A program made the translations under genes and the position numbers. A stretch of 64,000 bases of DNA, from IMG/VR virus record IMGVR_UViG_3300025151_000020, positions 29,311 through 93,310 of that record; one strand, given 5' to 3'. The stretch comes from a virus. The notes beneath the pieces are model-generated. The model worked only from the letters and a program-made list of their open reading frames with translations, ran no database searches and had not been told where the DNA came from. This document shows positions 60,430-64,000 of the stretch, piece after piece (within the stretch, counting starts at the first letter, position 1; every line of letters starts with the position of its first letter).

Positions 60430-62274
60430 TCAATCACGCTGACCAAATGCGGTCTGCCGATAGAATCCTCTCATTGGCAGCTCGGAGTCCGGCCAAGTCT
60501 GCATTTCATTGACTTTCTCTTGACTCATGCCTGGTATGTTGGCCATTCCTACAACTTCCATGACTTCTCTTCCTTTACCCTGTATCCCTTTTTCTGTACG
60601 AGGAAGAACTTGATATCCGGTCAAACCGCCTGTATCCCATAGATGTCTTGGCATACGGGCAGAATTGAATGCAATTGTTGGAACTCCTGCATCAACTATG
60701 GGGCGAATAGCAGACATCAGCCTATGTGTGAATCCTCCAGGTTCTCCCTTATCACTTGCAATCAATTTATGTTCTCCAGGTTCTTGATAGTAAGGAGGGT
60801 CAGAAAGGAGGAATGATTTGTATTCAGGGTCTGCATAAGGGGCAACCGCTTCTAAGAACGGAACATGATCTCCCTCATGGAAGTGGTATTCCTTATCTCT
60901 CATCTCTCTTGACCAGGGTTCGTAACTGTATGGCACATCCACATCTCTGCCTCTTTTATCCACTCTTTGAGGTATGTATGGCAAAGTCGTATTGAGCGAT
61001 AATGATTTCGAACCCCCTCCTGCATGAATCAAATCCAACAATTCTTGTGATCTGCCATATGCATTAGGATATTTTGTTCGTACAAGTTCTTTCTGTTGCT
61101 TTGACGGACCACGAGGAGCGATATTCAATGAGTGCGTTGCTTCATCCCCTATGCGGAAATGCCCCCCAATCATCTGAGGCAACAGTATTCCCGTCAAACG
61201 AGCCATCTCTGCTGATTTATCGGGATTGGTTCGCCACTTGCCCTCATTCATCAATTCATTCATTTTCCTTCGCAACTCAAAGAATCTAAGATTAGATGCA
61301 TACATTTGGTCTGAGTCTAAACCCGCACCTCCTGTAATGTCATGAAAATCTCTAACCTCCTGTGCAGTAACGGAAGGCAAGTCAATTATCGGAGAACCTG
61401 GCATCAATCCAGGGAGTGTTCTCGGATCACCAACTCGGTATGTGTATTCTTCAGAGGGCTTCCACTCCAATAAATTGGGATTATCTCTAACATTCCTAAA
61501 GAAGTTCGGAATGAATCTGTTGTAATCGTTGCCTATGTACGCAACATGAGGTCTAACTGCAAACACACCGCCTCCACCACCGATATTCGGCTCAATCATC
61601 TCTTCTGATCCTGTTCTACCAAAAGCATCAGTCAGAAACTTCTGGTAATGCCGTTTTGACTTGTTGCCCGAAAGCCCTGGAATCAAAGAGGGCATTGAGT
61701 CGCCTGACTCAAATCTCTCCCACGCTTGCTTAATGCCTGGTTGGAACTTGGTTACTGCCCATGAATCCTCAAACACATCGTTGGAGGTCGTCATCAAGTC
61801 ACCCCCACCCATAGACACGGGTTCTCCCTCTCTTTCTATGGCAGCTCTTGCACGATTGTCCTCGCATTCATCCCATGCAGCAAGACATTGACGGGCAAAG
61901 TTTCGTTCAGACGCTGCCCATTCCATATCTCCAAAATCCCTATACAATGCCACATCTCCATTTTGATACCCGTAATAGTTCAAAACGCCTTTCAATTCTT
62001 CACAAGACATATTCAAATGACTTTCATACACTTCTTGTTCTCTCATTGAATCTCCCTCCGAGTCATCAAACTGTCGAAGCAGGGCTATTACTCCGTCAGC
62101 GTACATTTGCCTAATATTCTGACAACAAACATCTCCCTCTTCAAGTGGGGGTTCAAGACTTGTATCCGGCATGGCCACTTCTTCTTGTTGTTGTTGTTGA
62201 ACAGTTCTTGCCATCTCCGCCCTTTGCTCATCAAACTTAGCAACGCCCCAAGCCTGATCGAAAGCATCCGCCAT
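60430..62274 (-). CDS. Dam-like (D12 class) DNA adenine methyltransferase with a doubly tagged N-terminal extension
   Basis: GNKS (motif X), IEPNIGGGG (I), GNDYN (II), LLSDPPYY (IV), IAFNS. Confidence 0.65.
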   Translation of the reverse strand: MADAFDQAWGVAKFDEQRAEMARTVQQQQQEEVAMPDTSLEPPLEEGDVCCQNIRQMYADGVIALLRQFDDSEGDSMREQEVYESHLNMSCEELKGVLNYYGYQNGDVALYRDFGDMEWAASERNFARQCLAAWDECEDNRARAAIEREGEPVSMGGGDLMTTSNDVFEDSWAVTKFQPGIKQAWERFESGDSMPSLIPGLSGNKSKRHYQKFLTDAFGRTGSEEMIEPNIGGGGGVFAVRPHVAYIGNDYNRFIPNFFRNVRDNPNLLEWKPSEEYTYRVGDPRTLPGLMPGSPIIDLPSVTAQEVRDFHDITGGAGLDSDQMYASNLRFFELRRKMNELMNEGKWRTNPDKSAEMARLTGILLPQMIGGHFRIGDEATHSLNIAPRGPSKQQKELVRTKYPNAYGRSQELLDLIHAGGGSKSLSLNTTLPYIPQRVDKRGRDVDVPYSYEPWSREMRDKEYHFHEGDHVPFLEAVAPYADPEYKSFLLSDPPYYQEPGEHKLIASDKGEPGGFTHRLMSAIRPIVDAGVPTIAFNSARMPRHLWDTGGLTGYQVLPRTEKGIQGKGREVMEVVGMANIPGMSQEKVNEMQTWPDSELPMRGFYRQTAFGQRD

Positions 62275-62276
62275 TG

Positions 62277-63185
62277 TCAAACAGAAATCTGCAATGCTTC
62301 TTTTGCTTTCCTAATGTGACTATTGACAAAAGATATGGCTGAATCAAGGCGTTCTCTATCCACATTAGATCTCAGTCCTCTCTTTTCTGCCCAATCAACC
62401 AAATCCTCAGTCGCTAAATTGCCATGTGAGCCTTCAACAAACGGACACCCCCCTAAACCAGACAAAGATGAGTCAAACTCTCTAACGCCCATGTCGTAAG
62501 CTGCATCCAATTTACTATGCATAGAGCATATGTCATCTCCATGATGTAAATGCAAGGCAATCTTAGAGGATATACCGATATTTCTAGTCAATTGAATAAG
62601 TGACTTAATTGATTCTGGTGTTGCTCTACCTGCCGTGTCAGATAGGACAATGGTATTTCCAAACCCCTCTGCCCACTCTAATGACTGAATTAAGTCGTTT
62701 TGGCTGATGTTTCCACTCATAGGACAACCAAACACGCAACTCAGATACACTCGAACATCTGATTTTGAAATATTTGACAAGGAATCCTTGTACTTCGCAT
62801 AGACACCATATGTTGTGTCATTATGGTTGTTGTTGTTGAATCCCTCACTTGGCGACATGAATATGTTGATTTTCTCTGCCCCTATGCTTCTCGCTCTTTT
62901 CAATCCCTTCTTATTCGGCACAAGAACACCAAACTCGCAATTCTTATGCTTCTTGGCCGAATGAGTGAATATTTCAGATGAATCAGCCATATTTGGAACT
63001 AATTTGGGATGTACAAACGAGCCGACCTCTATTCGCCTCAACCCTGCATCAACCAAATGGTCAATCAATGCTAACTTCACCGATGTTGAGATTTGACGAT
63101 CCAGGTTCTGCAAACCATCTCTCGGACTCACCTCATAGATTTCAAGATCCGTCAGATTAGCATTCCTATCTTTTTGAATACCCAT
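62277..63185 (-). CDS. hmgL: Hydroxymethylglutaryl-CoA lyase
   Basis: EVSPRDGLQN, IEVGSFVHPKLVPNMAD, LSDTAG, LHLH, GLGGCPF...GNLATEDLV. Confidence 0.9.
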   Translation of the reverse strand: MGIQKDRNANLTDLEIYEVSPRDGLQNLDRQISTSVKLALIDHLVDAGLRRIEVGSFVHPKLVPNMADSSEIFTHSAKKHKNCEFGVLVPNKKGLKRARSIGAEKINIFMSPSEGFNNNNHNDTTYGVYAKYKDSLSNISKSDVRVYLSCVFGCPMSGNISQNDLIQSLEWAEGFGNTIVLSDTAGRATPESIKSLIQLTRNIGISSKIALHLHHGDDICSMHSKLDAAYDMGVREFDSSLSGLGGCPFVEGSHGNLATEDLVDWAEKRGLRSNVDRERLDSAISFVNSHIRKAKEALQISV

Positions 63186-63304
63186 GTTAGAAATCTTCCA
63201 TATTCCAAATCACCAAAATCATCGCTCATACGTCTTCTAGTCCTTCTAACATCTCATCTATGCATCTGACAAACATTTTGCAGGTAGAGTAGGATCTGCT
63301 CATT

Positions 63305-63598
63305 TCAAAACCCTCTTTCCATCTTGTTTGGCTTCTTCATCTCACGAATCTGTTGAGCTGCAAACCGAATCTTCTGTGTGCTATGTAATGACCAAAACGA
63401 ATCCTTTGGAACTTTGAACTCCTTCTCTATGAGTTGGCACAATTCGTACCGTGATGAAGTCTGTAAATCCTCATCTATTGACAATCCGAGGACTTCTCTG
63501 ACTTCTTCTTTGGAGTATTCAACACGCCTGTCCAACCAAACATAAGCATAGCCCATTAAGGACATCAACTTACGAGCGAACCACCGGAACAACCCCAT
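63305..63598 (-). CDS. Hypothetical protein
   Basis: Start MGLFRWF chosen from promoter spacing (17 nt). Confidence 0.55.
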   Translation of the reverse strand: MGLFRWFARKLMSLMGYAYVWLDRRVEYSKEEVREVLGLSIDEDLQTSSRYELCQLIEKEFKVPKDSFWSLHSTQKIRFAAQQIREMKKPNKMERGF

Positions 63599-63631
63599 GT
63601 GGTGTAAAAAGGAAACCATTGTTTATCTTTG

Positions 63632-64000
63632 TTATGTTTCACCATAACCATATATGCCACCATAGATATCATCAATCCTACCTGAGAACAATAAATCAAG
63701 CAAGCGATCCGTTCTTGAAGTTCCTTTGTGCTTTGTCGGTTCGCCACTCATATCAGTAAGAACAGGAGCAGATTCTTCATCTCCTATGTGCCAAACTGTC
63801 TTGTAAGGGTATTCGTAGCCAAACCTTTCAAGTATATCTCTATTTAATTGGGCTACTTTTGGGTCAATCCCCAAGCCATCACTAGGAACTTTGCGTGTAA
63901 ATCGATTGAAGACGGGAGGATTCATTTCAGAGGAGGCTACTTCATTGTGACGGACATAATCGTAACCCGCATTCCGCATCATCTCATTAAATCGTCTTTG
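63632..64000 (-). CDS. Hypothetical protein, probably 5'-truncated
   Basis: The frame stays open to the window edge (QRRFNEMMRNAGYDYV...). Confidence 0.5.
   Translation of the reverse strand, partial: QRRFNEMMRNAGYDYVRHNEVASSEMNPPVFNRFTRKVPSDGLGIDPKVAQLNRDILERFGYEYPYKTVWHIGDEESAPVLTDMSGEPTKHKGTSRTDRLLDLLFSGRIDDIYGGIYGYGET

Noticed and set aside
625-63160. Numerous plus-strand ORFs of 60-206 aa
   Set aside because: All lie antisense to long, coupled minus-strand genes and lack recognisable motifs; they are shadow ORFs.
63150-63303. Two ~25-aa micro-ORFs (MSRSYSTCKMFVRC..., MSDDFGDLEYGRFLTW...)
   Set aside because: They are ATGA-coupled and could be real, but they are too short, have no motif, and one overlaps the lyase start; not supportable.
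63632-64000. GYDYV motif suggesting an ADP-ribosyltransferase-like domain
   Set aside because: The gene is truncated and one short motif is insufficient.
1-64000. Alternative genetic code or stop-codon readthrough
   Set aside because: Standard-code ORFs tile the window densely, and all three stop codons are used at coupled gene junctions.

Overview
A 64-kb fragment of a large tailed dsDNA virus (Caudoviricetes, siphovirus-type: tail tube and tape measure, no sheath). Every credible gene is on the minus strand, and the plus-strand ORFs are antisense shadows. Archaeal expression signals (GGTGA/GGAGG ribosome-binding sites, apparently leaderless starts, a short ribbon-helix-helix regulator), the absence of holin/endolysin, and the gene content point to a marine archaeal virus. 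The best guess is a magrovirus infecting Marine Group II/Poseidoniales (inference). In transcription order (right to left) the window holds: an accessory block (HMG-CoA lyase, Dam-like methyltransferase, Zn-finger proteins, GP88-like protein); an RHH-led membrane/small-GTPase operon; TerS; putative internal head proteins; TerL; portal; a degenerate ligase-domain protein; prohead protease; HK97 MCP; head-tail adaptor; a 3212-aa terminator-fibre fusion; tail tube; frameshifted chaperones; tape measure; and giant tail-tip proteins. The main unexplained signals are: (1) an Arf/Sar1-like small GTPase operon with membrane proteins, with its own unannotated RHH gene and a duplicated 23-bp operator; (2) a shared F-[DE]-x-A-W-x-x-x-K peptide tag on many unrelated proteins, a candidate capsid-targeting and maturation signal; (3) a conserved promoter motif that also points to an unannotated ~90-nt structured RNA carrying an anti-RBS tract; (4) a -1 frameshift site with a stimulatory hairpin. 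Family names are from motif recognition only; no database search was run.
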